DNA of 64,000 bases from IMG/VR virus record IMGVR_UViG_3300014501_000002, positions 1-64,000 of that record; one strand, given 5' to 3'. This document shows, in pieces, positions 36,073 through 46,158 of this stretch. How positions within the stretch are numbered: the first letter of the stretch is position 1; every line of letters starts with the position of its first letter. Both the position numbers and the translations under genes were made by a program. This DNA comes from a virus. Below the pieces are notes generated by a model. That model had not been told where the DNA came from, did not search any database, and saw only the letters and a program-made list of their open reading frames with translations.

Positions 36073-36657
36073 ATGGCAAATACATACGTCGACCAAGCGT
36101 TGGTTATTTACGACCGAGCTACGGGAACATTTACTCCGTCGAACTCATTGGCACAAAGTGCTATACTAGGTGCTGTTGCCGTGTACGACGAAATAACCGG
36201 GATGCTCGGCCCCGGCGGACCACTCATCTTAGATATTGCCCGAGTTGCGACGGTGAGTTTGACAAGCGCCCAACTTCTTGCGCTATACGCTACGCCGGTG
36301 CAGATTCTTCCAGCCCCAGGCCCAGGTCTTTATAATTGGCCCATTGCTTATGCGATGGAATACATTTTCGGCGGGATTGCTTATTCATCGCCCGCACACA
36401 CCAACGATTGTTTCATCACGTATGGTAATCCCCCAGCCGCATCCACAAATGAATTAGTGATCTATGCATGGGCCAACGCAGCCTCGGGCATCATCGAGGC
36501 AACACAGTCATGCATATTCCAGGGCGTGTGTGGTAATGGACTTATCACGCTGTCGATTGCGGAAAATGCTCCGGTGATGTTCAGCGCGCCGAATGCTTTG
36601 ACGTTGGGGAATGGAACTTTGAATATATCAGTCTCTTACTCTACTTTAAAGGCATAG
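36073..36657 (+). CDS. Putative virion protein
   Basis: YDxxTG repeats shared with 36664; LTSAQLLALYATPVQILPAPG structural motif. Confidence 0.75.
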   Translation: MANTYVDQALVIYDRATGTFTPSNSLAQSAILGAVAVYDEITGMLGPGGPLILDIARVATVSLTSAQLLALYATPVQILPAPGPGLYNWPIAYAMEYIFGGIAYSSPAHTNDCFITYGNPPAASTNELVIYAWANAASGIIEATQSCIFQGVCGNGLITLSIAENAPVMFSAPNALTLGNGTLNISVSYSTLKA

Positions 36658-36663
36658 GACAAA

Positions 36664-37191
36664 ATGTCAGATAACTATCAGGATCAAGCAGTGATGGTTT
36701 ACGATGAGACGACGGGCACGATTCAGCCGTCTCCCGTGCTCACTGTGTCGGAAGTTCTCGGGGCTGTCGCGGCATATGATGCGATCACAGGCATACTCGG
36801 CCCATCTTCCTTGCTCACTGTTTCAGGAGAGCTAGGAGCTATTGCTGCGTACGATCTAACCACAGGTATACTCGGTCCTTCTTCTGTAGTATTGGATCAA
36901 CTTTTTACGAGACAAGTTCAGACGATACGAGTCGACTGCGGGGTGATCGCAAGCGCAACACCGTCTTTGGTGATTCCGGTTCTTTGGCCTGTTGCTTTCG
37001 CGGATAACAATTACACGCTCACCGGTAGTGTCGTCATACTTGAGACTCCTCCGGCAGCAGCCGCAACAGAGATTATCTGTATCGGGAGTATAGAACTGGC
37101 AGTCAACGGCACTGGATTTTCATTCGTGGTTTGTAACGCTTCTTCTGGCGTTCATCACGTGATAGCTAACTTTTTCGCGATACACGATTAA
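36664..37191 (+). CDS. Putative virion protein (fibre-tip-like C-domain)
   Basis: Three YDxxTG.LGP-like repeats; WPVAFADNNY...TGF...FFAIHD. Confidence 0.75.
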   Translation: MSDNYQDQAVMVYDETTGTIQPSPVLTVSEVLGAVAAYDAITGILGPSSLLTVSGELGAIAAYDLTTGILGPSSVVLDQLFTRQVQTIRVDCGVIASATPSLVIPVLWPVAFADNNYTLTGSVVILETPPAAAATEIICIGSIELAVNGTGFSFVVCNASSGVHHVIANFFAIHD

Positions 37192-37200
37192 GAAGGAACC

Positions 37201-38322
37201 ATGATTCAAACTCAAAGCACCGTTACGCTTCAACGAATTGTCAACATTGCGCAAGCATTCGCCGATATCGAGCCGGTGTTAAACGTGGCTGGGAGCGATG
37301 ATCACCCGGCGTTGTTTATTGCCACCGACGTCATGAACGCTATCTGCGGGGTTCCTTTCCCGCACAAGTGGAATGAATTCAACCTCCCTCCGTTTTATAC
37401 GAACTCGTTTCAGCAAGACTACGCGCTTATCTATCCCACCGGTCAACCCGCGGGTTATCCGGTATCAGGTTCTTCGGTGACCAATCTTGAATGGCTTGAG
37501 CGTGGCATCGCGATCGATATTAACAGCACGTCGTTTCCGAAAGCTTACCGCACCGTTGAAGTCGGTCGGCAGTTGCCACAAGCTACGGCATCAAATTGGA
37601 ATTATGGCAATGGTAGCGGGGGCGGTAACTACGGCGTCGGCAACGCAATATGCATCGCCAACTTTTTCCCGAACAACACTTTATATTACGGAACATGGGG
37701 CGCGCTGAACAACGGAACGCAGTCGATCGGAAACAATCCTATCCCTGGCTCCGCATACACACAGCCGCTCGGAACACAGAGCATGCCGTCGAACCCGATC
37801 TCACAGATTCAGGATGCGAACGGAAATCTTTTAGTGATCACCACGTACGGTATCGAAGGTGTAAGTGCTCCTCTCGCACCAGAGAATTCGGTCCCTGGCA
37901 CAACCTGTTCTGGAGTAGGCGCCACGACTGTATGGACTGTGGTCGATCCGTGGGGACAGGGTATTCGTGTCCAACCGGTACCTTATCAGACTGGACGCGT
38001 TTTTCAAATTCAGTTAACCGGGCAGGCGAAGCCGGTTCGTTTCACATCTCTCGCGCAGACGTTGTTCCCTTTGCCCGATCAGTTCGAGTCGAACTTCCGG
38101 GCCGGGTTTATCGCACAATGCTATCGGTACTCTGCGGACTCGAAGGTTCGTGGCAAATTTAAAGATGAGTGGGCGCTCTGGCTCGCCTCTTTAGTCGAAC
38201 TTCGCGCGAAGCAAGATCGTGAACTCGAAGAGAATGTGTTTGTCCCGGATCGTGGAATTATGTCCGGCGGTTCCCAACGGGGCGGCTTCTTCCGTGGCCC
38301 AGGCCGTCCGTTCAACTACTAA
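37201..38322 (+). CDS. Head-tail adaptor-like protein with insertion
   Basis: TLQ...FPHKWN...QQDY...LPDQF pattern shared with 38331-39050. Confidence 0.65.
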   Translation: MIQTQSTVTLQRIVNIAQAFADIEPVLNVAGSDDHPALFIATDVMNAICGVPFPHKWNEFNLPPFYTNSFQQDYALIYPTGQPAGYPVSGSSVTNLEWLERGIAIDINSTSFPKAYRTVEVGRQLPQATASNWNYGNGSGGGNYGVGNAICIANFFPNNTLYYGTWGALNNGTQSIGNNPIPGSAYTQPLGTQSMPSNPISQIQDANGNLLVITTYGIEGVSAPLAPENSVPGTTCSGVGATTVWTVVDPWGQGIRVQPVPYQTGRVFQIQLTGQAKPVRFTSLAQTLFPLPDQFESNFRAGFIAQCYRYSADSKVRGKFKDEWALWLASLVELRAKQDRELEENVFVPDRGIMSGGSQRGGFFRGPGRPFNY

Positions 38323-38330
38323 GGATTACA

Positions 38331-39050
38331 ATGTACACACTTCAGCAAACGATCAACTGGGCACGGACGTTCATCCAATACTCGCCTTTGACTGCGGGAA
38401 TAGGAAACGAACCCGCGATATCCATTGCGAACATGGTGTTGGATACAGTCACATCCGCGCCGATCACATGGCCGTGGAACCGCGCGGAATATACGGGGTT
38501 GACACTGACCGCCAATATACAGGACTACAACGTAGTTCCGATCACAGATTTCAATTTTCTTGAGGTGGTTAGTTTGAAGACTGTGGACGGTAAGTACTCG
38601 TACGAATTGAAGGATGTGTACAACACGAATATTCTCGGTGTGTCAGTCTCCGCACCGGCGCAACCCAAAGCGGTCGCGGTTAAGTTTTTTACTTATGGGG
38701 TAAGTGTCGCGCTTAGGTTCTTGAGCATTCCGGATCAGAATTACGCCGCGACCATAACGTATCAGAAGGTTATTACACCGTTCACTCTCCTGACGCAAGC
38801 ATGGCCCATTCCGGATCAGTACCTCGATATTTACAACAACCTTTTTCTTGCAGAAGCGTTTCAGTCGGTCGACGATGATCAGCAAGCTGCGCGGTATCGT
38901 ATGCGTGGCATCGCGGCATTGTTGTCGAAGGCGGAAGGCCTCAGCGAAATGCAGCGCAACGCATTCCTTGCTCAGTATCTCGCTCGTGAGAGTCAATCGC
39001 AAACTAATGTATCACGTACGCAACAGGGTCAGCAGGCCCGCGGAGTATAA
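38331..39050 (+). CDS. Head-tail adaptor (tail tubular A-like)
   Basis: TLQ...WPWN...IQDY...PDQNY...Y...IPDQY; precedes the nozzle-like gene. Confidence 0.72.
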   Translation: MYTLQQTINWARTFIQYSPLTAGIGNEPAISIANMVLDTVTSAPITWPWNRAEYTGLTLTANIQDYNVVPITDFNFLEVVSLKTVDGKYSYELKDVYNTNILGVSVSAPAQPKAVAVKFFTYGVSVALRFLSIPDQNYAATITYQKVITPFTLLTQAWPIPDQYLDIYNNLFLAEAFQSVDDDQQAARYRMRGIAALLSKAEGLSEMQRNAFLAQYLARESQSQTNVSRTQQGQQARGV

Positions 39051-42000
39051 TGCCTAATTTACTCGAGCAATCCGGAGCGCAACCACAGAAACAACCGAAG
39101 TTTGCGCCGCTTTTCATTGATAAAGCGTTTACCGGAATTTATACACAGCGCTCGGTGCTGCACGATCCTTCTGATTTAGCTACGTCGAGATTTTATGGCG
39201 GTCGTCCAGATGCTTTATGGCAGGGTTCGAACGTTGAACTAACGAATCGACTCACTTTGCAACGGCGCCCCGGCTTGTCGGAATTCTCTACAGTGACTTA
39301 TCCGACGCCTCCAGATCGCGGCTTCTCGTTCCAACTTCTCGACGGAACCATTCGCGTAATCATTGACACCGAATCCACCGGTGCTTTGAGCGTCACATCG
39401 GTTGCTACTTCTGTCGGCGGTAATGCGGTATATACCGGCACGTTCCCCGGAGGTGTGGGGAACACGTATGTCGGCATGAAGTTCACCGTTTCCGGATTCG
39501 TGGGTGCCGGTTCCGATTCAATATACACCGCCGTAGCTTCAACTGGCACAACCATCACTTTGAACAACCCGCACGCCACCGCGGAGACCGCAGCTGCGAG
39601 TATGGTGTCTTCAGGCGCCGTGTATTGGGATCAGCAGAACGGTTCGAAAACTTTGATATTCGCGAAAGGCACCGGCGCTGGACAGACTTATTTCGTTGCC
39701 GTCGCGGGCATTCTTTACATGGGCGATGGGGTCGAGACTTTTATCTATACGCCACTGAATCCGAACGCAATCGCATACGGATTCGGTTTGGTCGCGCCGG
39801 TCAATGGGCCGACGATTACCACCACAGAGTCAGCTGCTAGTGCGGTCGCATGGCAGGCGCACACATATTTTACCACGATGGGTTTGATCGTCGACTCTAA
39901 CGGAAACATTGAGCAATTATCCGGAGTCAACGCAGACGGAACTAACCCGACACTGCGATTCGGCACGAGTAGCAACGGACAACCTCCATGGAACCAAGCG
40001 ACCGGCGGAACAACTGCGGATGGTTCGGTCACATGGACCAACCAAGGCCCGATCGGCACGTGGGCTCCTAAGACGACATATCAGCCTGGTCAAGCCATCT
40101 ATGATCCGGGAACTAAGTGCGTGTTTATTCAGACGCACAATTTCGCGGCTACTTCTGGACCCTCGGCGCCACAGTGGAACCCAGCCCTTGTATCCACGGG
40201 CGCTCGCACGAGTGAACTGAACGCAGGCGGCGCAACCGCCGCGCGTTGGGGTAGCCTCGGACAATTGAACGTCACACCTACGTTGCTTAGATCGTGGACC
40301 GCCGGAGAGACGTACGGAACGTATGTCGAGCCGAGTACTGGAAACGATCCGAACGTATTGAATTGCGCGACGATTGAGCCCACACTTATTCTTCCTCCAC
40401 TTGCCGGGCAGAATGTTTACCTGCAAGGTGCGACTACCGGCGGCGTGACCGGAACCGGCGCGACTCCTCCTCCGTGGCAAACAGCTATCGGTCAGACGAC
40501 TACAGACGGCCAATTGACCTGGACAATGCTCGGTTCGGCGACATGGACTGCGCTCACTTCTTACACTGCATGGGTTTCTGGAGCAAACACCTTTTCGGTA
40601 ATTGAAGATACGAACGGCAACTTGCAAGTTTGCATGGCGAGTGGGATCAGCGGTCCTACTATCCCTGCAGCGTGGGGAACTACTTATGGTGCAACTACTT
40701 TGGATGGCTCCGGCACTTCTCAGATTACTTGGGTGTGCGTTGGTGCAGCAATTGCATGGGCTGCGAATACGATTTGGTATCTTCCGCTAGCTGGTTTCGT
40801 TCCTCCAAGCAAGAACCAACCTTACGGCAGCGCGTCTGTCATTGATACTCAGGGTGATCTTGAGTATGTGATTTCATCGGGTGAGTCAGGTTCTGTAACT
40901 CCGGCGTGGCAAGCGATCGGTTTCAATACGACTGATAACACGATTACGTGGTACAACTCGGGCGTCGCGCAGACCAACTCACTCGCGTGGACCCAAGGCT
41001 ACTCGTACGCATATTCATACTACAGTCGAACGACCACAGATTTCTACGACACCAATCCTCCTCCGGGACTCAACCTGATATATCCCGCGGGACTCGGCCA
41101 GCCAACTGGCTCCGAGACAGGTGCGATCAGCACTGCGTCACCCGCGACTGTAATCGGCGGCCCAAACACCGGCGCGATTAACACGGTTAGTGGGATCAGT
41201 TCACTTGATCCGGCCGTGGACACAATCATCATCTGGCGCTCGGCGGACGGCGGCGGATCGGACAACATGTTCTTCCTGACCGAGATTCCGAACCCTCTTC
41301 CGAACGGCGGACAACCCGTTGTGTGGCACTTCCAAGATTATCTCCCCGACGTAGCTATAGGAGTATTCCAAGGTTTGAACAACCTCATTCCGGCTCCGAT
41401 TGATGATGAGAATGATCCTCCTCCGAATAATTTCTTGCCGATGACGTATAACTTCCAACGTATTTGGGGAGCGTCCGGTAGCAGTGTGGTGTTCTCAGGC
41501 GGTCCTGATGTCATCACCGGAAACGCGAACTTCGCGTTCAACCCATCCGATACTTTCCCATACCTTGCGGACGTTATACGTATCGTAAAAACGTCTACGG
41601 GGCAGGTTGTGTTCTTGACTGACAGCATTGAGTTCTTGGCCGGGGGTCCGTTAACTGCGTCGTTCTACTCCGTGACACTCGGGCCGGGCATCGGACTTCG
41701 CTCATTCAATGCGCTCGATGTGTACGCAGGAGAAATTTATTTCGTATCATCTGACGGGCAATTCCGCGTAATCAATCCGTCTCTTAACATTTCTAACGCA
41801 GGATTCCCGATCGGAGATCAACTTGCCGTATTGAATACATCGAAAATTTATGTCGCGGTTCAACAGGCCGGTGTAGACAACGCAATTTACGTCGCGGATG
41901 GAAGTACTGGGTGGTGGCGTTGTAATCCACACCAAGTTCCCGGAAGCGCAAATGGTCCGGAGCCTATTTGGAGTCCGTTCGCGAATATCACCAACGGATG

Positions 42001-43114
42001 TCAGATGGTGCAGAGCATCGAAATTACTCCGGGCATCAAGAAGCTTCTCGTGGGTGGCGTCGGTGATAACGAGAATATATTATTCCGCGATTTGACTGTG
42101 TACACGGATGGGGTGGTAGTGTTAAACCCGTCGCCGATTAACTTGCTAACAACTTCTACATACGGTGTCCTGGCAGGTAGCACAATCACTAATTCCGGGA
42201 CAACTACCATCAATGGAGACTTAGGGTTGAGCCCGGGAAGCGCTGTCACGGGTGCTCCAGTAGTTACGGGCGCGACGAACATCGATAACCCAGCAGCGGT
42301 TCAGGCTCAGACGGATTTGGTCACGGCATACAATCAAGCCGCGGCTTTCCCAGGGGCTGTTACGATACCGACAGAATTAGGTGGGACGACTCTTCCACCC
42401 GGAGTTTATTCAAGTCTGTCTGGAACGTTCAGTATCACGACGGGGACGTTAACTCTCGATGCTGCAGGTAATCCAAACGCGTTCTGGATTTTTAAAACTG
42501 CGACTACGTTGGTGTTGGGCACGGGTACTTCGGTATCTTTGATAAATAAAGCGCAATCCCTTAACGTGTTCTGGCAAGTTGGTAGTTCCGCTACGATCGG
42601 GGTAGGCGCCGTGTTCCAAGGAACCATCCTTGCACTTACGTCTATTTCTGTAAATACCGGAGCGATACTGACTGGAAGATTGTTGGCTCAAACCGGTGCA
42701 GTGACATTGCTGGGTAACACTATCACCACGCCTAGCTCAACTGTTACCGGGCAGTACGACGCCTACTTTGTCATGGGTAGCATTATGCTCGCGCACCCAG
42801 GACAGATAGCCGTGCTCGGATTTATCGAAGGCGATTTCTCCGGAGTTGCGTATCAACCTCAAGTTGGTTTCTTACTGAACGAGATAGCGGGTTCGTTCGT
42901 GAACATGCCGCTTAAGCCTCAGTTCGATCCTCCGACAATTTACGGAGATACGATTGCGCCGACGTCATATTCTCCTAATCGGTATTATTTCGCTGCAACG
43001 GGTACACTCGCGCGCTGTCGTCACCTTCAGATTAAGGTCGATTTCGGAATTACCCCGAACGGTGACGAGCTTTATAACCTCACCATCTTTGGGCGGGTCT
43101 TCGTGGAAAATTAG
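39050..43114 (+). CDS. Tail nozzle/stabilisation-like protein with Trp-rich repeats and an inserted DUF3494 ice-binding-like domain (~42135-42735)
   Basis: NV....LTLQRRPG N-terminus and RCRHLQIKVDF C-terminus fit P22 gp10/T7 gp12-like nozzles. Clear IBP-1 motifs: YGVLAGSTITNSG, AVQAQTDLVTAYN, LPPGVY, TLDAAGNPNAFWIF, NVFWQVGSSAT, GRLLAQTGAVTL. Confidence 0.85.
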   Translation: MPNLLEQSGAQPQKQPKFAPLFIDKAFTGIYTQRSVLHDPSDLATSRFYGGRPDALWQGSNVELTNRLTLQRRPGLSEFSTVTYPTPPDRGFSFQLLDGTIRVIIDTESTGALSVTSVATSVGGNAVYTGTFPGGVGNTYVGMKFTVSGFVGAGSDSIYTAVASTGTTITLNNPHATAETAAASMVSSGAVYWDQQNGSKTLIFAKGTGAGQTYFVAVAGILYMGDGVETFIYTPLNPNAIAYGFGLVAPVNGPTITTTESAASAVAWQAHTYFTTMGLIVDSNGNIEQLSGVNADGTNPTLRFGTSSNGQPPWNQATGGTTADGSVTWTNQGPIGTWAPKTTYQPGQAIYDPGTKCVFIQTHNFAATSGPSAPQWNPALVSTGARTSELNAGGATAARWGSLGQLNVTPTLLRSWTAGETYGTYVEPSTGNDPNVLNCATIEPTLILPPLAGQNVYLQGATTGGVTGTGATPPPWQTAIGQTTTDGQLTWTMLGSATWTALTSYTAWVSGANTFSVIEDTNGNLQVCMASGISGPTIPAAWGTTYGATTLDGSGTSQITWVCVGAAIAWAANTIWYLPLAGFVPPSKNQPYGSASVIDTQGDLEYVISSGESGSVTPAWQAIGFNTTDNTITWYNSGVAQTNSLAWTQGYSYAYSYYSRTTTDFYDTNPPPGLNLIYPAGLGQPTGSETGAISTASPATVIGGPNTGAINTVSGISSLDPAVDTIIIWRSADGGGSDNMFFLTEIPNPLPNGGQPVVWHFQDYLPDVAIGVFQGLNNLIPAPIDDENDPPPNNFLPMTYNFQRIWGASGSSVVFSGGPDVITGNANFAFNPSDTFPYLADVIRIVKTSTGQVVFLTDSIEFLAGGPLTASFYSVTLGPGIGLRSFNALDVYAGEIYFVSSDGQFRVINPSLNISNAGFPIGDQLAVLNTSKIYVAVQQAGVDNAIYVADGSTGWWRCNPHQVPGSANGPEPIWSPFANITNGCQMVQSIEITPGIKKLLVGGVGDNENILFRDLTVYTDGVVVLNPSPINLLTTSTYGVLAGSTITNSGTTTINGDLGLSPGSAVTGAPVVTGATNIDNPAAVQAQTDLVTAYNQAAAFPGAVTIPTELGGTTLPPGVYSSLSGTFSITTGTLTLDAAGNPNAFWIFKTATTLVLGTGTSVSLINKAQSLNVFWQVGSSATIGVGAVFQGTILALTSISVNTGAILTGRLLAQTGAVTLLGNTITTPSSTVTGQYDAYFVMGSIMLAHPGQIAVLGFIEGDFSGVAYQPQVGFLLNEIAGSFVNMPLKPQFDPPTIYGDTIAPTSYSPNRYYFAATGTLARCRHLQIKVDFGITPNGDELYNLTIFGRVFVEN

Positions 43115-43117
43115 TCC

Positions 43118-45151
43118 ATGGCTAAAAAGAAAAGTGCGCCAAAATTCGAGTCCGCGCCGCAACAAACCGTCGCGCAAGAAGCTGGGCTGCCCGGTAATTT
43201 TCATCCGATAGATGTTCCGCCGATTATTCCCGGTCAACCTACCGGTGGGGCACCTCCTACGCCTGCAACCATGCAGCCGTATTTCAGTGGATCAATTCCC
43301 CCGGCATTCATGTTGCAGCCGGACCAGATTAATACACAGTACGGCGGCGGTAGCACTCCGTCCGCGCGACTCATGCCGGTTGGTGCGGGAGGGAATCCGC
43401 AGATCGTCGCCGCGGCACAATCAGTCGCAACGCAGATCGTCGGTTCGAGTGTTGGGCTGCAGATGCCTATCCAATACAACGTCACAACGAGCGCAGGTTT
43501 CTCGATTGTCACGTGGAAACCCGAGCCCGCAGGCTATGCACTCATGGGACCGCCGATCTTGATACCGGAGGCATTCGTTTCAAACGATCAAATACCACTC
43601 GCAAGTCAAACAGGCGCTGTCGTAACCCTGAATCCGGTCACGGCCGCAAGTCCCATTTCTATCGGTGATTTTGGATTTTTAACTTGTTACCTAAGCGGTG
43701 GCGCTATAGTTGTGTCAGTCGTGGATAATTTAGGGCAAACGTGGTTGCCTCTTTTCCCAGTCCAAACTCCCCCTGGCTCTAGCGGAACCATTTCTTTCCA
43801 AGTTTTTTATTTTCCTTTTACCAATGCGGTAGCTATCGGCGGCACGTTTACTATAACGGTCACGATGAGCGATACCTTCTCGCAGTTATTCGACGCCGAA
43901 TTTGTCAGCGTCAACGGACTTCTTGCCGTTGATCAGGTTGTGCAAGCAACCGGCTCCGCAGGAAATCCTACAGCGGGCTCCGTGACAATCACTCAAGGAG
44001 AGTGGGTGACGAGTTGGGTATGGGATAACAACGGCGCCGGAAGCGAACCACTTGTGGTTCCGCCGGGCTGGGCCGCAATCACTCCATTGGACCTCACGGT
44101 CAATGCACCGACTTCATTTGGTGGCGCGGGTATTATCGAGCCAGCTGGGACGTACACGGATGCGTGGAGCGGAATTCCAAGCCCTAATGTTTTCGGTTGG
44201 ACTGCAAGTATCGTAACGTTTGTGACAACCGGAAGTGCTGGCGGGCCGTCATCTGGAATTCCCACCTTTCGAGCCATAGAACCGTCTGATCTTCCTGGCA
44301 CGTCGGTCAATTTCGTGGTTAATAATTCGAATTCATTCATCACGGGTTCGATCGCAAATCATACGTTAACGTTGGCCTACGGCGGCACTCCGCTCCTCGT
44401 GACTCAGGGCGGCACCGGTGCAGATTTGTCCGCAACTGGTGGTGCGGGCGAAGTCGTGCAACAAACTTCACCAGGCGCGCCGTTCACAGTCGCGACACTT
44501 GCATTAAGCAGTCTCACGGGCATCCTAGCTTTGAACCAAGGCGGAACCGGATCAGACTTATCCGGAACCGGTGGCACGAATAAAGTGCTGCAGCAAAGCA
44601 CACTCGGTGGTGTGGTCACCGTCGCGCAATTAACTGTGTCACAAATCTCGGGTGCTGCGCCTCTCGCGTCCCCTACGTTCACGGGTACGGTGACGGCACC
44701 AACCCTTGCTTTAACAGGAAAAATTTCTAAGTATGATAACGTAGCTACGGTTCGAGGTGGTATCCCAGCCATCTTAGCGTCTTCTTTGCTTACAGCCCAA
44801 GCAGCGGCTATTACCGCTACGACGATTTACGCAGTTCCGGCCGCGGGAGTTGGCCTGTACCGCATCTCGTACGTCGCTACTATAACGACCGCGGGAACGA
44901 CTTCCGTTTTAGGTGGAGCGACCGGCTTTCAAGTTATATACACGAACGGTAATGGCGACACGGTGGTTAAGACAAGCAATCCCACGACACCAAACGTGTC
45001 ATCGGGTAACACAACGGGGACACAAATCTCCGGTGTGGTTCTTGCTTACGCCAAAGCTTCAACGAACTTGCAGTACGCTTTCGGTTACACGCCGGGCAGC
45101 CCAACAGCGGGCGCGTACGATTTAGCAGTTTACGTAGAATGGCTTGGGTGA
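43118..45151 (+). CDS. Tail fibre protein
   Basis: PTFRAI..SDLP, QGGTG repeats, GAAPLASPTFTG. Confidence 0.82.
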   Translation: MAKKKSAPKFESAPQQTVAQEAGLPGNFHPIDVPPIIPGQPTGGAPPTPATMQPYFSGSIPPAFMLQPDQINTQYGGGSTPSARLMPVGAGGNPQIVAAAQSVATQIVGSSVGLQMPIQYNVTTSAGFSIVTWKPEPAGYALMGPPILIPEAFVSNDQIPLASQTGAVVTLNPVTAASPISIGDFGFLTCYLSGGAIVVSVVDNLGQTWLPLFPVQTPPGSSGTISFQVFYFPFTNAVAIGGTFTITVTMSDTFSQLFDAEFVSVNGLLAVDQVVQATGSAGNPTAGSVTITQGEWVTSWVWDNNGAGSEPLVVPPGWAAITPLDLTVNAPTSFGGAGIIEPAGTYTDAWSGIPSPNVFGWTASIVTFVTTGSAGGPSSGIPTFRAIEPSDLPGTSVNFVVNNSNSFITGSIANHTLTLAYGGTPLLVTQGGTGADLSATGGAGEVVQQTSPGAPFTVATLALSSLTGILALNQGGTGSDLSGTGGTNKVLQQSTLGGVVTVAQLTVSQISGAAPLASPTFTGTVTAPTLALTGKISKYDNVATVRGGIPAILASSLLTAQAAAITATTIYAVPAAGVGLYRISYVATITTAGTTSVLGGATGFQVIYTNGNGDTVVKTSNPTTPNVSSGNTTGTQISGVVLAYAKASTNLQYAFGYTPGSPTAGAYDLAVYVEWLG

Positions 45152-45164
45152 TAAAATAGGACTT

Positions 45165-45740
45165 ATGACTTTTTACGCTTACCTTTATTTACGACAAAAC
45201 GGGACGCCCTATTATGTGGGTAAAGGCCGCGGTCGTCGCGCTTATAATTCATACATAGGTCATCGTCCGCCCAAAAACCGTTCTCGTATCGTCATCATGA
45301 ATCGTAGTAATGAGGCAGAGGCGTTCGTCACGGAAATAGAGTTGATTCGCAACTGGGGTAGAAAGGATTTGGGCACAGGTATTCTTTATAATCGCACGGA
45401 CGGAGGAGACGGCGCATCTGGATTCATTTCCTCTGAGGAACGAAATCAGAAAATACGAGAGTCAAAGCAAGGAAAGAATCGTCCGACATTTTCTAAAGAA
45501 TGGCGTGAAAATCTTTCCAAAGCCGCGATGGGTAATCAGCACCTTCTCGGGAAAACATGGGCGCTGTCAGCAGAAGCCCGTCGTCATCATAGCGAAGCCC
45601 TAAAAGGGAAACTAAAGACCGGAGCCGCTCTTATTGCCGCTCAGGCGAATGGGAAACTTGGCGGTGGGCATGCCCGCTGGCATTCAAGTAAGGGGATAGT
45701 AAATCCCAATTGTGAACTCTGCATGAAAGACCAAGGATAG
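45165..45740 (+). CDS. GIY-YIG homing endonuclease
   Basis: FYAYLY...PYYVGKG...GRKDLGTGILYNRTDGG; paralog of 13194-13724. Confidence 0.88.
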   Translation: MTFYAYLYLRQNGTPYYVGKGRGRRAYNSYIGHRPPKNRSRIVIMNRSNEAEAFVTEIELIRNWGRKDLGTGILYNRTDGGDGASGFISSEERNQKIRESKQGKNRPTFSKEWRENLSKAAMGNQHLLGKTWALSAEARRHHSEALKGKLKTGAALIAAQANGKLGGGHARWHSSKGIVNPNCELCMKDQG

Positions 45741-45747
45741 AGGGAAT

Positions 45748-46158
45748 ATGATTAGCTTTGTACCAACAACGTTCGAAGACGTACCGCAGTTAGCTAGGTG
45801 GATACAAGCCGATCCCTGGCACACCATAAAGGACAGTACAGATTGGTGGATTCACGGTTACCTTACATTCAAATTGGCAGATGATAAGGGCACGGTCATC
45901 TTTGTCCGATTCGATCGCGAAAAAGATGTGCTTCGGTTGCATAGCCAGTTTGGACCGTTGTCCGAAGTTTCGGAACGTCGCGTGGCTTCTGCAATCATAC
46001 AAGGCATCCAGAATTTCATTCCATATGCGAAATTAGATGGCGCGACGGGAATTATCACGGAAAGCATATCGGTGAAATTGGTGAGTTTTTTGCAACAACA
46101 TTTGGGATTTAAACCTGTTTTGTCGACCGACGATTACGAGCTTGATTTTTCGGAGTAG
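45748..46158 (+). CDS. Small GNAT-like protein preceding the ejection genes
   Basis: Size, position and HLGF motif resemble podophage virion-module acetyltransferase-like genes. Confidence 0.55.
   Translation: MISFVPTTFEDVPQLARWIQADPWHTIKDSTDWWIHGYLTFKLADDKGTVIFVRFDREKDVLRLHSQFGPLSEVSERRVASAIIQGIQNFIPYAKLDGATGIITESISVKLVSFLQQHLGFKPVLSTDDYELDFSE

Noticed and set aside
33256-45151. Diversity-generating retroelement behind the repeated modules
   Set aside because: No reverse transcriptase, and the differences between copies are not adenine-specific.
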